DNA from: Oscillospiraceae bacterium
Lineage (GTDB): Bacteria; Bacillota; Clostridia; Oscillospirales; CAG-272
Reading direction: 5' to 3'
DNA: 64,000 bases
Assembly: GCA_015065065.1 (NCBI GenBank)
Contig: SVQX01000003.1
Span: forward strand, 21,930-85,929
The notes beneath the pieces are model-generated. The model ran no database searches. It was given only the letters and a program-made list of their open reading frames with translations, and had not been told where the DNA came from. Position numbers and translations under genes: made by a program. Each line of letters begins with the position of its first letter. Position 1 is the stretch's first letter. This document shows, in pieces, positions 27,910-37,644 of this stretch.

Positions 27910-30900
27910 TTATTTACTTGTCTTTTTACTGTCACGGTAGTCCTCAAACCACTTTTCCGTGACCTTAAGCACGTCGTTTGAATCGCCGTAAAGCCCCGAG
28001 CGAGTGAGCAAGGAGCGAATGCGCTTAAGCTCAGCAGCATCCTTCGCCTCCCGCGCCGCGAGATATTTCTTTTTCCAATAGGACGTTACCGACGAGCGCA
28101 CAGCGCTCCGCGCCGCCTTCTCCGTCTTGCCGATAGCAACCCTTGACGCCACAAGATCGTCGAGTATGACCTTTGCCTCCTTGAAGTCACCTCGGTCAAG
28201 CTCCGAATTCAGCATTGAGGAATTGTAAATAGAGGACGCTACCTGCGTTGACTCCTCATCCTTGTTGTCCTCAGCGCCGCTCTCGATATCCTTCATAATA
28301 TCGTTGTACTCCGCATTGACGGCAGCCTTGACCGTTTTCTCGTCAAAGAATCCCTCCGCCATTACCTCGCGCACAAGCTTGGAATAGGTGCTGATATCGC
28401 CGTCCACTCTCGCCTGAGCCGCGTCGCGGATGCGCTCATCATTATCGCGCAGAGCCGTGCGTAAAGCGTTGTTAAGCTTCACTTCGCTGTCAAAACGCTT
28501 CAGTACACGGTTGTAATGCGCCTTGTCGCCGCTGATGATAGCATTGTAAAGCTGCTGACCGTTGGAGATATCAGCATCAACGCCAAAGAACTTTTTCAAA
28601 GGAACAATACCGGCAGCTCCCGTAGCAAAAGCGTATTTGTAGCCAACAGCCGTATTTCCATCACCGTCAGCATTGGTAAGTACATTATATATACCTCGTG
28701 CATCTCGATACAAATTACGGGTTGGCAGACCAAAGAACGTACCTACATTAGCGCCAAGATTCATTGATTTTTGCGCCCATGTTTTTTCACTTGAGCTCAT
28801 ATCCTGTACCGACTGAATAAGATCTGCAAAAACAGCGATATCCGTGCGTTCCACGTCGTAACCTTGCGCCAACGACCAAATATCCTTGACATAAGGCAAT
28901 ACTGTCAGCGGATTGAACGCATCCGTTATTTCCGACGTTAGCGATTCGAGGTATTTTTCACCGTAGTTTTTCTCCTCGTCATCATCACGTGCCGCGTATA
29001 CTAATGAAGCAAGTATAGCATTAAGAATAAGGGATCCCGCTATACATCCCACCGATCGGCGGAAGGTCTTGACGTCGCCGCGTTGAAGCTTTACAGAAGC
29101 GCCCACAAGCATATTAACCATAGTAGTAGGCTCAGCCATAAAGGACATTGCCATTTTCCAGCCCGTATCTTTAGAGCGCATCATCTCGCTGCGGGACAGC
29201 GTAGAATCGTATACCTGAGTCCGAACAACAGCCTCTGTAAACCTCTCGCCGGCTAATGTAAGAAGCTCCTCAGAATCGGGAGAAAGCTCCTTGTGAAGAT
29301 CGGTCTGCTCCTTTTTGCACGCTTCCCAAAGTCCGAGCCAAGCAAGCTGGTCAGCCTTGGCAGCACCGTATCCAAATACGCGATCACGGTAGTTCTTGTC
29401 CTTGATAAACGCCATAGGCTTTTCCTTCAGACTGTATTCCCGCTCCATGATATAATCGCCGGTAGCTTGTCCCACGCCCGTGTCAAAGCCGCCCATCTCC
29501 TTGACAATAGCCACGGGAGCATATTCCTTCAATTCCTCCCACAGCTCGCGGCTCTTTTGAGGGTTATATCCCGTGTTGACAAAATACTTAGCGTCGATCA
29601 GCTCCCAAGCGCGGCAGATAGACGTCGGCTGCTGGATGATCGTCGACCACGACGCCATCACTGCGGATTTTTTGAAAAGACTTATACCCTTGTCAATGGC
29701 ATTCGTAGGCGTTCCGCTACGCACACCGCCGTTAAGATCTCGCAGGAGCTGTTCTATGTATTTTATCGCCTCCGGACCGTATTCCTTGTTTATACTGTCC
29801 TTGAAGGAGTAGGACGGCAGATCATCCTTGTAAGGCGTACCGCTCCATTCTCCCGTATCCTTGTTCAGCTCCGCAGAACGTCGGTAGTTAAGTATTTTGC
29901 TTAGATTCTCCGTAGCTAACGCCATTCCGTGGTATAGACTCATATCGTTTACGTGCCGTGTCCATACCTCCATAAAATCGCGGAGTACGAGCGTATTAGT
30001 GGCTCTTTCCTCGGGATCAATGGCGATCTGCTTAGTCATACTCTTGTTGGTGATCTTGCTGTCCCCGGTGCGCCCCGTTTGACTATTGACTTGGGTATCA
30101 AGCACCTCCATCGGGAAATAGTGCTTGTCCCCGAACAGCGCGGCACCGTATAATTGCACGGAAACCTCGTTACCCTTCTCGCCCATAACAACCGACAAGT
30201 ATTCGATCATATCATCCGCAAAGGCGCGTTGCTCGTCACTCAGCGCACGCGTGATCTCCTCGGCAGTCTTATCGTCCAGCCGATAGCGTTCAAAATCGTT
30301 TTTGACTCTTTCCTCTCCCCATTTGCCCTTTTCCACCGTTTCGGAATGGAAAGCAAAGCCACCGTTTGTCAAATGGTGATACGCAGGGGGACGGTTGATA
30401 AGAGCATAGAGCGAAAGAATCTCTCCAAGCGTGAGCTTTACTTTTTTACCGTTAGCGACCTCGAATTCACGTTTGGACTCGAAATCCCAATCCCAGTAGT
30501 GATGCTTTTCGGCAACCGATTTGAATTTCTTTTCGGCATCCGCGCAGTCTTTTGCCCACACACCTTCGCCGCGTTGCAAGCTCCAGAATATACTCATCAT
30601 AGAGTCCGAGCCAAAGATCTCAAAGGCATATACGGGCTTGAGCGCCTTCCAAATGTATTTGCGCACGGAGGATAGCACTCCCACCTCGTTAGGCTTTGGC
30701 TTCATAAATGCAGGCTTTTTTGATTTCTCGACTTCCTCTATAGTATCCTCTACGAAAGCGTCAAGCTCTGCCTGCTTGCCGTCAAGGAATAATTGATTTG
30801 CGGTGCCCACGCGGGTAAGAATTGCATTGTAAAACTCCTTCGCCGACCTCAGCTGTACAAGTGTCATATCGGCGATAGGCGTATCTCCCACCACTCTGCG

Positions 30901-33900
30901 ATGCTCTGATAGCATACCGCTTATTTCCTCGTCGAACATACCCTGTACCGTATCGCTGCCCGAGGCTGTTATCTGCGCATACAACTGCGAAAGGAAGGTC
31001 ATCTGCTCCTGTATGCCGGCAGCTTTCCTTTCCCACTTTTCTCTCTTTTCAAGCTGTTCATTAAGAGCCTTGCTGACATCCGCGCCCTTGTTTGCACGTT
31101 GTGTAAGCCGCTCAATTTCCGCATTGATCTTAGCAATATTCTGCACGCCCACCGTATCCATATTGGTGGAGGATAAAGCCTCGGCAACGGCTCTTTGCAT
31201 TTCAGGCGGAATATGCCATTTTTTATTGGGCACGAACAGCATACTGTTCAAACGGTCGATTTCCTTCCTCAAGGAGTTTCGCGCTGCTGTGGTGTCCTTT
31301 CCAAGCTGACGGTCATCATACATTTTCTTGTACTTTGCCTTAGCTTTATATACCCTTCTCTCCTCTCGCTCCTTGACTTTGAAAAGCCTTTTTTCATACG
31401 ATTCCTTTGTCCTTTGCAGCTTTTCTGCGTCTCTTTGACGAGTCTTATTTGCAGCTTGCTTTTTGGCGTGCTGAATTAGCTCGCGGATAGGCTTTGTCGC
31501 CTGAAGCTTTAACAGCTTTTTATCCTGCTCGGTAATCATACTGTCAGCATCATCTATCTGACGTTTGATTTCGTCCTTTGCTTTTTTCAGCTCCACTATC
31601 TCCGCGTCTATCCAACTGTCCGACTCAGCCTCTGTTGTAACCATGTCCGTTCCGTTTGCATCAGGGCTTGGTTCCTCGAACATTCGTTTTTTGATACCCT
31701 TAAGCTCGTTTATCCGCTTTACGACCTCAGCATGTGCCTTTTTTAATGTCTTGCGTTTTTCAACCACGGCGTCAAGCTCCGTCAACTGCTCACGGTACTC
31801 CTTGAGCGCATTGTATTCGCCCTTCGACCGCACCGCTCCTTCTAAAGCTCCTGACAAAATTTCTCTGTCTGTCGCAGGCTTTTCGGGTAAGATCTCACCT
31901 TCCACAGCATACTCATCCATACTTGTAAAGGGTTCAATGCCGGTGTTAGCATCATCTACTGAAAATTTTTTTGATGGGGTATTGACTTTTGAGTCAGAAT
32001 ATGTTACAATATCTTTCGCAAGGTCGACAATGCGTGACACCTCGGAAGGTTGGATTCCTATGGTGGCGAGCATTTGTTCGGCCTTATTTTTGTTTATTAT
32101 AACAAGCATGCCTTGTTCTGCCGCTTTTACTAGCCGATCGGCAAAATCATCCCACGGATATGCACTTTTAATTTGGTTGACTATATCATTCTCCATATTC
32201 TGTTTTTTGTGAACCCCAACTATGACATAAGATGCTTTGCCGTTGGTATCGTTCATTGGATACGAAGTAATAACAGTCGCCTTTTCTGCGCCATCTATAA
32301 TCATAGGGGCGCTATCCAAAAGTTTTGGCAACTTCGCAAAGAAATCATAAGGAACAGCGTGCGCAGAATAATTTTTATTATTTCCTGCTGTTCGCCTTGG
32401 CTTTCTATAGTCGGACTGATTCATAGCAAACGGCAAATTGGAAAACATTTGTGATAGTGAGATAATCTCCCCTATATATAACGAGTTACTGCCGTTTATA
32501 CTTTTTTGTTCGACCGCTTGCAGCTGTTTGTCCCAATCTATTTTTTGGGTTTGTTTAATGCTATATCTTATGCCCGTTACATCAGCATCCTTCCCGCTCC
32601 GTCGTGCATCTCCCGCCTCCGTCACCGCTTCATAGAACAGCTGCTTGATATTATCAAGACTGTCCATCGTGTCGGAAAGCACCTGCGCCGTCTTTGACGT
32701 ACCGCTCAAGGTTGCATAAGCCGCCTTCACGAGGTCAACGACGCGAAGGACAACGTCCTTTATCTTCTCCCACAAGGTCTTGTCCCGAGCTGCAAGCTTG
32801 CCCAGCACCTCGCCGTCCGCAAGTATAAGCTCCATGCCGTCGCATACGACCTCCTCACGCGCAAGCTCCCGCGCCTGCACCTCCGTCGCACCCTTGGGTA
32901 AAAGCCCCGCCGCTCGCAGCGCCTCAACCTTTGCATCAATCAAGGATTCTACTGTAGGGACAGGCGTCCTCGACTGTCCGTCTGCGAGCCGCTCAAAAAC
33001 AAACTCCGCGAGCGCCGCGTACTTCTCCCCCGACCACGCCTTGACATAATGCGTCACCTCGTGGGAAAGCGTGTAAAGAGCAATATGCTCGCCGTCCCGC
33101 ATGGCGTTGATGTTGACGTGGATCTGTCCCGTTTTCTCGTCAAAATAACCGTTTACGGCTTTGCCGTTCTTGGTCTGCCCGAGATCCGCGTGGATAACGA
33201 TATCCGTGCCCAGCGCCCGCGCCATGATCTCCGCCGCCTTGTACGCCGAGTACTGACGGTCGCTGAGCTTTTGCATATTCACGCCCTCCGCGCGGATAAC
33301 TCTGCCCTCCCGCGAAGAACGTCGAAAACTTTTTTCGTCCGAGGTGTTGACAGAACCGTCCGTGTGTGGTATACTGTTAATGGTAGCAATGCCGTCACGA
33401 AGCGTCTTGGACGTAGGCTGTGGGCGATCCTCGGATTGCATATTCAGCACTTGACCGTTGCTACCTTTTTCTATACGTGCGCTTACTATGTATATTCTCT
33501 TGGCGCTGCTGTCAGGAACACATTCCACGACAATCATTTTGGAATCTCCGATTTCCTTTTCCAACATTACCTTGGGCGAAGGGCTTTGGTCGGAATTCTT
33601 GTACTGCGTATCATAATCTACGGAGCCGTCATCCTCGCGTGCAATATGAGCAGACTCTGCGTTATTCGCCGCCCATCCTATACGAGCAACGTCCCTGGGA
33701 TCCTTCATAGATTGGTCGGCATCGCCATTCTTGCCATGTCTGTCTTCAATATGCTGTATCGCGCCGCCGTCAATATAAAGATCGTATCCGGAAACGTCTA
33801 TCGTTTTGCCGGTTTCTTTTTTTATGACCTTTTCTATCAGACGTGCGTGCTTTTCTGATATCCTTCCAAGCTTCTTTTTGCGCTTCGACAAAATAGACTT

Positions 33901-35808
33901 GTTCTCCATTGACAAAACACTGCGATAAAATTCCAAAAGCTCGTCATCGACAGCCTCATCATACGAATACTTCTTTCCACCCTCGGCATCCGCCGAGGCT
34001 TTTTTATTCTCCGCCTCCGCGCCGCTCTTTTGCTTCTGCCCCAGCGAATACGCCGCATCAACTACCTTTTGTGGCAGGCGGGAAACGTAGTTATCCTTGT
34101 AAGCGTACGCCTTGTCCGCCCCGCTCCGCCCGTATATCGTGGCAATAGCAAACGCCGTGGCGTAATCCTCGGCTCTCATTCCCTTAACGGGATAGTAGGT
34201 ACTGATAACGGTGTCCTTTATGTCCTCGGACAGCTTCGTACCGTTCAGAGCACGCCGCAGAGTGGCAAGGTCAGCGGCTTTATTTTCCCATTTTTGCTCG
34301 TTTCTCTGCTCTGCGGTCAAATTCCCGTCCGTACCCGCCTTCGCGCCCTGTGCGGCATTCTCGCCCGTCTGTGTGCCCTTCACAGCGCGTCGGATATCCT
34401 TCGCCACCTGCTTGCCTTCTTTATAAGCTCCTACGCGCGCCGTGTTCTTTTGGCGCGCCGTTCTCATGTCCTCGCTTACCTTCTCGGCAACGAGCAAGCC
34501 CGCCGCCTGAGAAAGCATACCGTCGCGGTCAGCGCGCAGATCCTCGACACTGTATTCCTTGCCCGTCTGCTCGCGCACGTACTCCGCGATCTTGGTAAGC
34601 TGTGCGTCATCCGCCGAAAGCTCGGATACCTTTGCTTCAATCTCCGCATTTATCTGCGCGTACAGCATGTTGATCTGCATCTCGCCAAGCACCGCGTGGC
34701 CCGCACTGCTCGATCTTTGCGCCTCGCTCATGCCGTCCCACGCCGCAATGTTAGCCGCAAGCGCCTCTGCAAACTGCGCCGAGCGCTTGGCGTCCTTTTT
34801 CATCTGATGACGGGCGCGGGCTTGGAATATAGCATTCTCGTTCGCGAATTCCTTCGCCGTTGTTTCCGCCTCTGTCTGTATGCCGGAGAGATAGGAGGCA
34901 ACGCCGCGCGCCGAGCTTACCACTCTGTCGGTCTTGCCCGCGCGCTCAATGCTCGCGCCGCGCCGCTCGTTGGTCTTGTAGTTTACCGCCGCACCGGGCG
35001 CGCTCATAAGTCCGCCCGACACAGCACCCACAGCGCCGCTGTAAAATATATCGCCGAAAGACGCTGCCTCTGCCTCCGGGTCAACGCCACTGATGCGCTG
35101 AAGGAGAGGATCGATAGCAGTGGATGTCGCCTCCTCGGCAAATTCGCCCGCCGCTCCCTTTCCTATCTCCTTGAGCGTGGTCTTAACAAGCCCCTTCGCG
35201 CCCGTCTTTGCCACAGCCTCCGACGTTTCCTTGACGGCAGTCTTGCCAAGCAGCTTGGAAAGACTCTTGACAGCAGTGCCGCCAACGCCGCCCGTCACAG
35301 CCTCAAGACCGAATTCCACGCCGCCCGAAGCCGCGCCGTATAGGAGCTCATTCCAGCCCACCTTACCCGTTTTCGCTGCCGCAGAGCTGATACCCTGCCC
35401 CACAACGCCCGTGGCAAACAGCGGAACTCCCGCGTAAGGTATGAGCAAGACGGAGGAATCACCGATACCGCCGCCAACGTCGCCCATAAATTGCATAAAG
35501 CCGTCGGGGTTGTACCATTCATCAAGCCCCTGCGACAGCTGCGCCGTCTTGTTGTCAAGGAATCGGTACTGCGCCATGTCCGTGTTCCCCGTTACAAGGT
35601 CACCCGTGGCTGCAAGGATGTCACCCACACCCTCGAATATTCCCATAGCGCCAAGCACCGTTTTTCCGCCGACGTAGCCCACGCCCTCAAACAGTCCGCC
35701 CGTGTTCTTTTCTTTTTCAATAAGGCTGACCTTCCGATTTCTCGCCTTTACCGACTCCGCGTACAGCTTGGAGGGACGGTTGGGGTTAAAATATTTGATA
35801 CCGCTCAT
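27910..35808 (-). CDS. giant (2632 aa) polyvalent-type virion/ejection protein
   Basis: Gly-rich hydrophobic N-terminus. PBECR-type nuclease-like motif GGAIQHIEDRHGKNGD. HExxH metallopeptidase motif YTLSHEVTHYVKAW. MuF-C/LPD-like segment AHAVPYDFFAKLPKLLDSAPMII...IKSAYPWDDF. Long coiled coils. Confidence 0.7.
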   Translation of the reverse strand: MSGIKYFNPNRPSKLYAESVKARNRKVSLIEKEKNTGGLFEGVGYVGGKTVLGAMGIFEGVGDILAATGDLVTGNTDMAQYRFLDNKTAQLSQGLDEWYNPDGFMQFMGDVGGGIGDSSVLLIPYAGVPLFATGVVGQGISSAAAKTGKVGWNELLYGAASGGVEFGLEAVTGGVGGTAVKSLSKLLGKTAVKETSEAVAKTGAKGLVKTTLKEIGKGAAGEFAEEATSTAIDPLLQRISGVDPEAEAASFGDIFYSGAVGAVSGGLMSAPGAAVNYKTNERRGASIERAGKTDRVVSSARGVASYLSGIQTEAETTAKEFANENAIFQARARHQMKKDAKRSAQFAEALAANIAAWDGMSEAQRSSSAGHAVLGEMQINMLYAQINAEIEAKVSELSADDAQLTKIAEYVREQTGKEYSVEDLRADRDGMLSQAAGLLVAEKVSEDMRTARQKNTARVGAYKEGKQVAKDIRRAVKGTQTGENAAQGAKAGTDGNLTAEQRNEQKWENKAADLATLRRALNGTKLSEDIKDTVISTYYPVKGMRAEDYATAFAIATIYGRSGADKAYAYKDNYVSRLPQKVVDAAYSLGQKQKSGAEAENKKASADAEGGKKYSYDEAVDDELLEFYRSVLSMENKSILSKRKKKLGRISEKHARLIEKVIKKETGKTIDVSGYDLYIDGGAIQHIEDRHGKNGDADQSMKDPRDVARIGWAANNAESAHIAREDDGSVDYDTQYKNSDQSPSPKVMLEKEIGDSKMIVVECVPDSSAKRIYIVSARIEKGSNGQVLNMQSEDRPQPTSKTLRDGIATINSIPHTDGSVNTSDEKSFRRSSREGRVIRAEGVNMQKLSDRQYSAYKAAEIMARALGTDIVIHADLGQTKNGKAVNGYFDEKTGQIHVNINAMRDGEHIALYTLSHEVTHYVKAWSGEKYAALAEFVFERLADGQSRTPVPTVESLIDAKVEALRAAGLLPKGATEVQARELAREEVVCDGMELILADGEVLGKLAARDKTLWEKIKDVVLRVVDLVKAAYATLSGTSKTAQVLSDTMDSLDNIKQLFYEAVTEAGDARRSGKDADVTGIRYSIKQTQKIDWDKQLQAVEQKSINGSNSLYIGEIISLSQMFSNLPFAMNQSDYRKPRRTAGNNKNYSAHAVPYDFFAKLPKLLDSAPMIIDGAEKATVITSYPMNDTNGKASYVIVGVHKKQNMENDIVNQIKSAYPWDDFADRLVKAAEQGMLVIINKNKAEQMLATIGIQPSEVSRIVDLAKDIVTYSDSKVNTPSKKFSVDDANTGIEPFTSMDEYAVEGEILPEKPATDREILSGALEGAVRSKGEYNALKEYREQLTELDAVVEKRKTLKKAHAEVVKRINELKGIKKRMFEEPSPDANGTDMVTTEAESDSWIDAEIVELKKAKDEIKRQIDDADSMITEQDKKLLKLQATKPIRELIQHAKKQAANKTRQRDAEKLQRTKESYEKRLFKVKEREERRVYKAKAKYKKMYDDRQLGKDTTAARNSLRKEIDRLNSMLFVPNKKWHIPPEMQRAVAEALSSTNMDTVGVQNIAKINAEIERLTQRANKGADVSKALNEQLEKREKWERKAAGIQEQMTFLSQLYAQITASGSDTVQGMFDEEISGMLSEHRRVVGDTPIADMTLVQLRSAKEFYNAILTRVGTANQLFLDGKQAELDAFVEDTIEEVEKSKKPAFMKPKPNEVGVLSSVRKYIWKALKPVYAFEIFGSDSMMSIFWSLQRGEGVWAKDCADAEKKFKSVAEKHHYWDWDFESKREFEVANGKKVKLTLGEILSLYALINRPPAYHHLTNGGFAFHSETVEKGKWGEERVKNDFERYRLDDKTAEEITRALSDEQRAFADDMIEYLSVVMGEKGNEVSVQLYGAALFGDKHYFPMEVLDTQVNSQTGRTGDSKITNKSMTKQIAIDPEERATNTLVLRDFMEVWTRHVNDMSLYHGMALATENLSKILNYRRSAELNKDTGEWSGTPYKDDLPSYSFKDSINKEYGPEAIKYIEQLLRDLNGGVRSGTPTNAIDKGISLFKKSAVMASWSTIIQQPTSICRAWELIDAKYFVNTGYNPQKSRELWEELKEYAPVAIVKEMGGFDTGVGQATGDYIMEREYSLKEKPMAFIKDKNYRDRVFGYGAAKADQLAWLGLWEACKKEQTDLHKELSPDSEELLTLAGERFTEAVVRTQVYDSTLSRSEMMRSKDTGWKMAMSFMAEPTTMVNMLVGASVKLQRGDVKTFRRSVGCIAGSLILNAILASLVYAARDDDEEKNYGEKYLESLTSEITDAFNPLTVLPYVKDIWSLAQGYDVERTDIAVFADLIQSVQDMSSSEKTWAQKSMNLGANVGTFFGLPTRNLYRDARGIYNVLTNADGDGNTAVGYKYAFATGAAGIVPLKKFFGVDADISNGQQLYNAIISGDKAHYNRVLKRFDSEVKLNNALRTALRDNDERIRDAAQARVDGDISTYSKLVREVMAEGFFDEKTVKAAVNAEYNDIMKDIESGAEDNKDEESTQVASSIYNSSMLNSELDRGDFKEAKVILDDLVASRVAIGKTEKAARSAVRSSVTSYWKKKYLAAREAKDAAELKRIRSLLTRSGLYGDSNDVLKVTEKWFEDYRDSKKTSK

Positions 35809-37493
35809 TCCTTGCCCTCCGAAACTTTTTTCGTAAAGTTCGCCAACTGAGTTTTTATCTCATCATTCCACAGGAATTCATGTATATAGCGTGGAGCCAT
35901 AAGCCCGTCACTGCTGCTGTAGTACTCCGCCGTCCATCTCTCGTACCATCCCTCGGGAAGCGAATCGGCAATTCTATTTGTTAAAAGTCTAAGCTGTTCG
36001 TCGCCAAGAGCACCGGAATCATAATAGTCCATCAGCATAGAAAATACACCTGCCGTAGCTTTCATTTGATCGACATCCGACTCTCCCGCATTACTCATTT
36101 CGTGCCTTACTCCCGGCAAAAGCACTTGAAGCATGTCTCCCTGATGTATAACCCCCTCACTCACCATCTCCGCCGCGGCGTTATAGATAAGCTCCTTTTG
36201 TGCCCAAGGCTTACCGGCATACTCCTCCCAAGTCTCCTTCTTGATTCCGAGTCTTTCCAAATCCTCATCCGTCATATTGCCCGTGTTGTCCGCCGCGTGC
36301 TTGTAGGTAGCTACCACACCGTCACCGAGCGCGCCGTAAAATTCCTGCCACGCATCCTCCGAAATAGCACCGGTGTCGTGAAGCTTCTTATACGTTGTAT
36401 ACGCTTCGGTAATATCGGTCATTTTGATATTTTCGGGGTCTGCCTCCATGCGCTCAAGCTCGCCAACGGCGTCATAGACCGTTTGGTCAATTACGTACTG
36501 CGCCTCCGCAAAGATCTGCTCTATCTGCGCGTCTGTGTATCCCTGCTGGCGGAGCTTCGCCGTCTGCGACTGCTTCTGCGAGCCGTCGTAGGTGAGCTGA
36601 AGCTTGCCGTCCTCGTCCTCGGTGTAAAGAATACTGTTAAGGCCTGTCTGTATTTTCTCGTTCAGCGTACCGCCCGGCACGTATTCTCCGCCCTCGCTGT
36701 ACGTGCCCGCATCAGCCGTGCTTGTCAGGCGCGATACCGCCGCCGTAGCCTCCGCCTCGCTGTAGCCGTTAGCCATAAGTGCCGCTCGGATGGACTGTGC
36801 ACTGTAGCCCTCCTCCGCAAGACCGTATGCCGTGCCGTAAGCCGCACTCGCACGGCTCTTTGCATTCTCCTCGGCTGCCGCTTGAGTCTCGACCTCCGCG
36901 TCAAGGCTGTCCTGCCTGTCGGCAAGCAGACCGTATTTGGTGTAAAGGTCGGATTTTCTTTCGCTCTCCGCCGTCCTGTGACGGCTGTAAGCGTATTCGT
37001 AAAGCTCGGGGATGATATCGTCTGCATCGTCCATCTGCTCGCTGTACGCCTGCTGTGAGGCGACGGCGGCAAAGGAATTGCCAAAGCCGCCCGAGCCCGC
37101 CACAGCCCGCGCATACGTGTCCTCTGCGGCGTTCTTTGCATTTTTGGAGTAGCTCTCCATGTATTTCTGATAAATAGGATCGGCGTCCTTGTCGTATTCA
37201 AACGGCTTAGCCTCGTAATTCATCATTTGCTCAAACACCGCATCAAGGTCTGCGCGGTTGCTCGCGGCGGCATCCGTCGCTGAAGGTGTTGGCGTAGTCG
37301 CCACGGGAGACATCGCTTTAGGCGTTGTCGTGGGAATGATCGAGGGAATGACCTCAGCTTTTTTCTCTGTCGAAACGTAGGTCTGCGCCGTCGGCTTTGG
37401 CGTCACCGCTGCAGGCTTGCCCGCGAACTCGTTGTTATACAAGTCCTCCTCGTATTTGAGCCTGTCGCGCAGGTATTCGGATATTTTAGCCAT
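35805..37493 (-). CDS. phage virion-associated hypothetical protein (562 aa)
   Basis: ATGA overlap with the giant ORF. No motif recognised. Confidence 0.55.
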   Translation of the reverse strand: MAKISEYLRDRLKYEEDLYNNEFAGKPAAVTPKPTAQTYVSTEKKAEVIPSIIPTTTPKAMSPVATTPTPSATDAAASNRADLDAVFEQMMNYEAKPFEYDKDADPIYQKYMESYSKNAKNAAEDTYARAVAGSGGFGNSFAAVASQQAYSEQMDDADDIIPELYEYAYSRHRTAESERKSDLYTKYGLLADRQDSLDAEVETQAAAEENAKSRASAAYGTAYGLAEEGYSAQSIRAALMANGYSEAEATAAVSRLTSTADAGTYSEGGEYVPGGTLNEKIQTGLNSILYTEDEDGKLQLTYDGSQKQSQTAKLRQQGYTDAQIEQIFAEAQYVIDQTVYDAVGELERMEADPENIKMTDITEAYTTYKKLHDTGAISEDAWQEFYGALGDGVVATYKHAADNTGNMTDEDLERLGIKKETWEEYAGKPWAQKELIYNAAAEMVSEGVIHQGDMLQVLLPGVRHEMSNAGESDVDQMKATAGVFSMLMDYYDSGALGDEQLRLLTNRIADSLPEGWYERWTAEYYSSSDGLMAPRYIHEFLWNDEIKTQLANFTKKVSEGKE

Positions 37494-37644
37494 TTTTCCT
37501 CTCCACCTCTCTTATCTTTTTTTCAACCGCCGAGAAAGTTATCTCTACCTCGCGCACAAGGGCGGCAAGGTATCGCCTCAGCTCGTCAAGCTGCTGCTGC
37601 GTCGTGCCCTTCGGCACGGGTGGCTGTTTAAAGCTTCTTGCCAT
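37486..37644 (-). CDS. 52-aa coiled-coil micro-ORF (not in the ORF track)
   Basis: MARSFKQPPVPKGTTQQQLDELRRYLAALVREVEITFSAVEKKIREVERKNG. Its start overlaps the upstream stop by 1 nt, and its last 8 nt overlap the downstream start codon. Confidence 0.4.
   Translation of the reverse strand: MARSFKQPPVPKGTTQQQLDELRRYLAALVREVEITFSAVEKKIREVERKNG

Noticed and set aside
33049-35343. Plus-strand ORFs of 269 and 437 aa, plus many shorter ones between 28.5 and 35.8 kb
   Set aside because: All are antisense shadows inside the 7.9-kb giant minus-strand ORF. They are Arg/Leu/Ala-rich, have no RBS and are not arranged as an operon.
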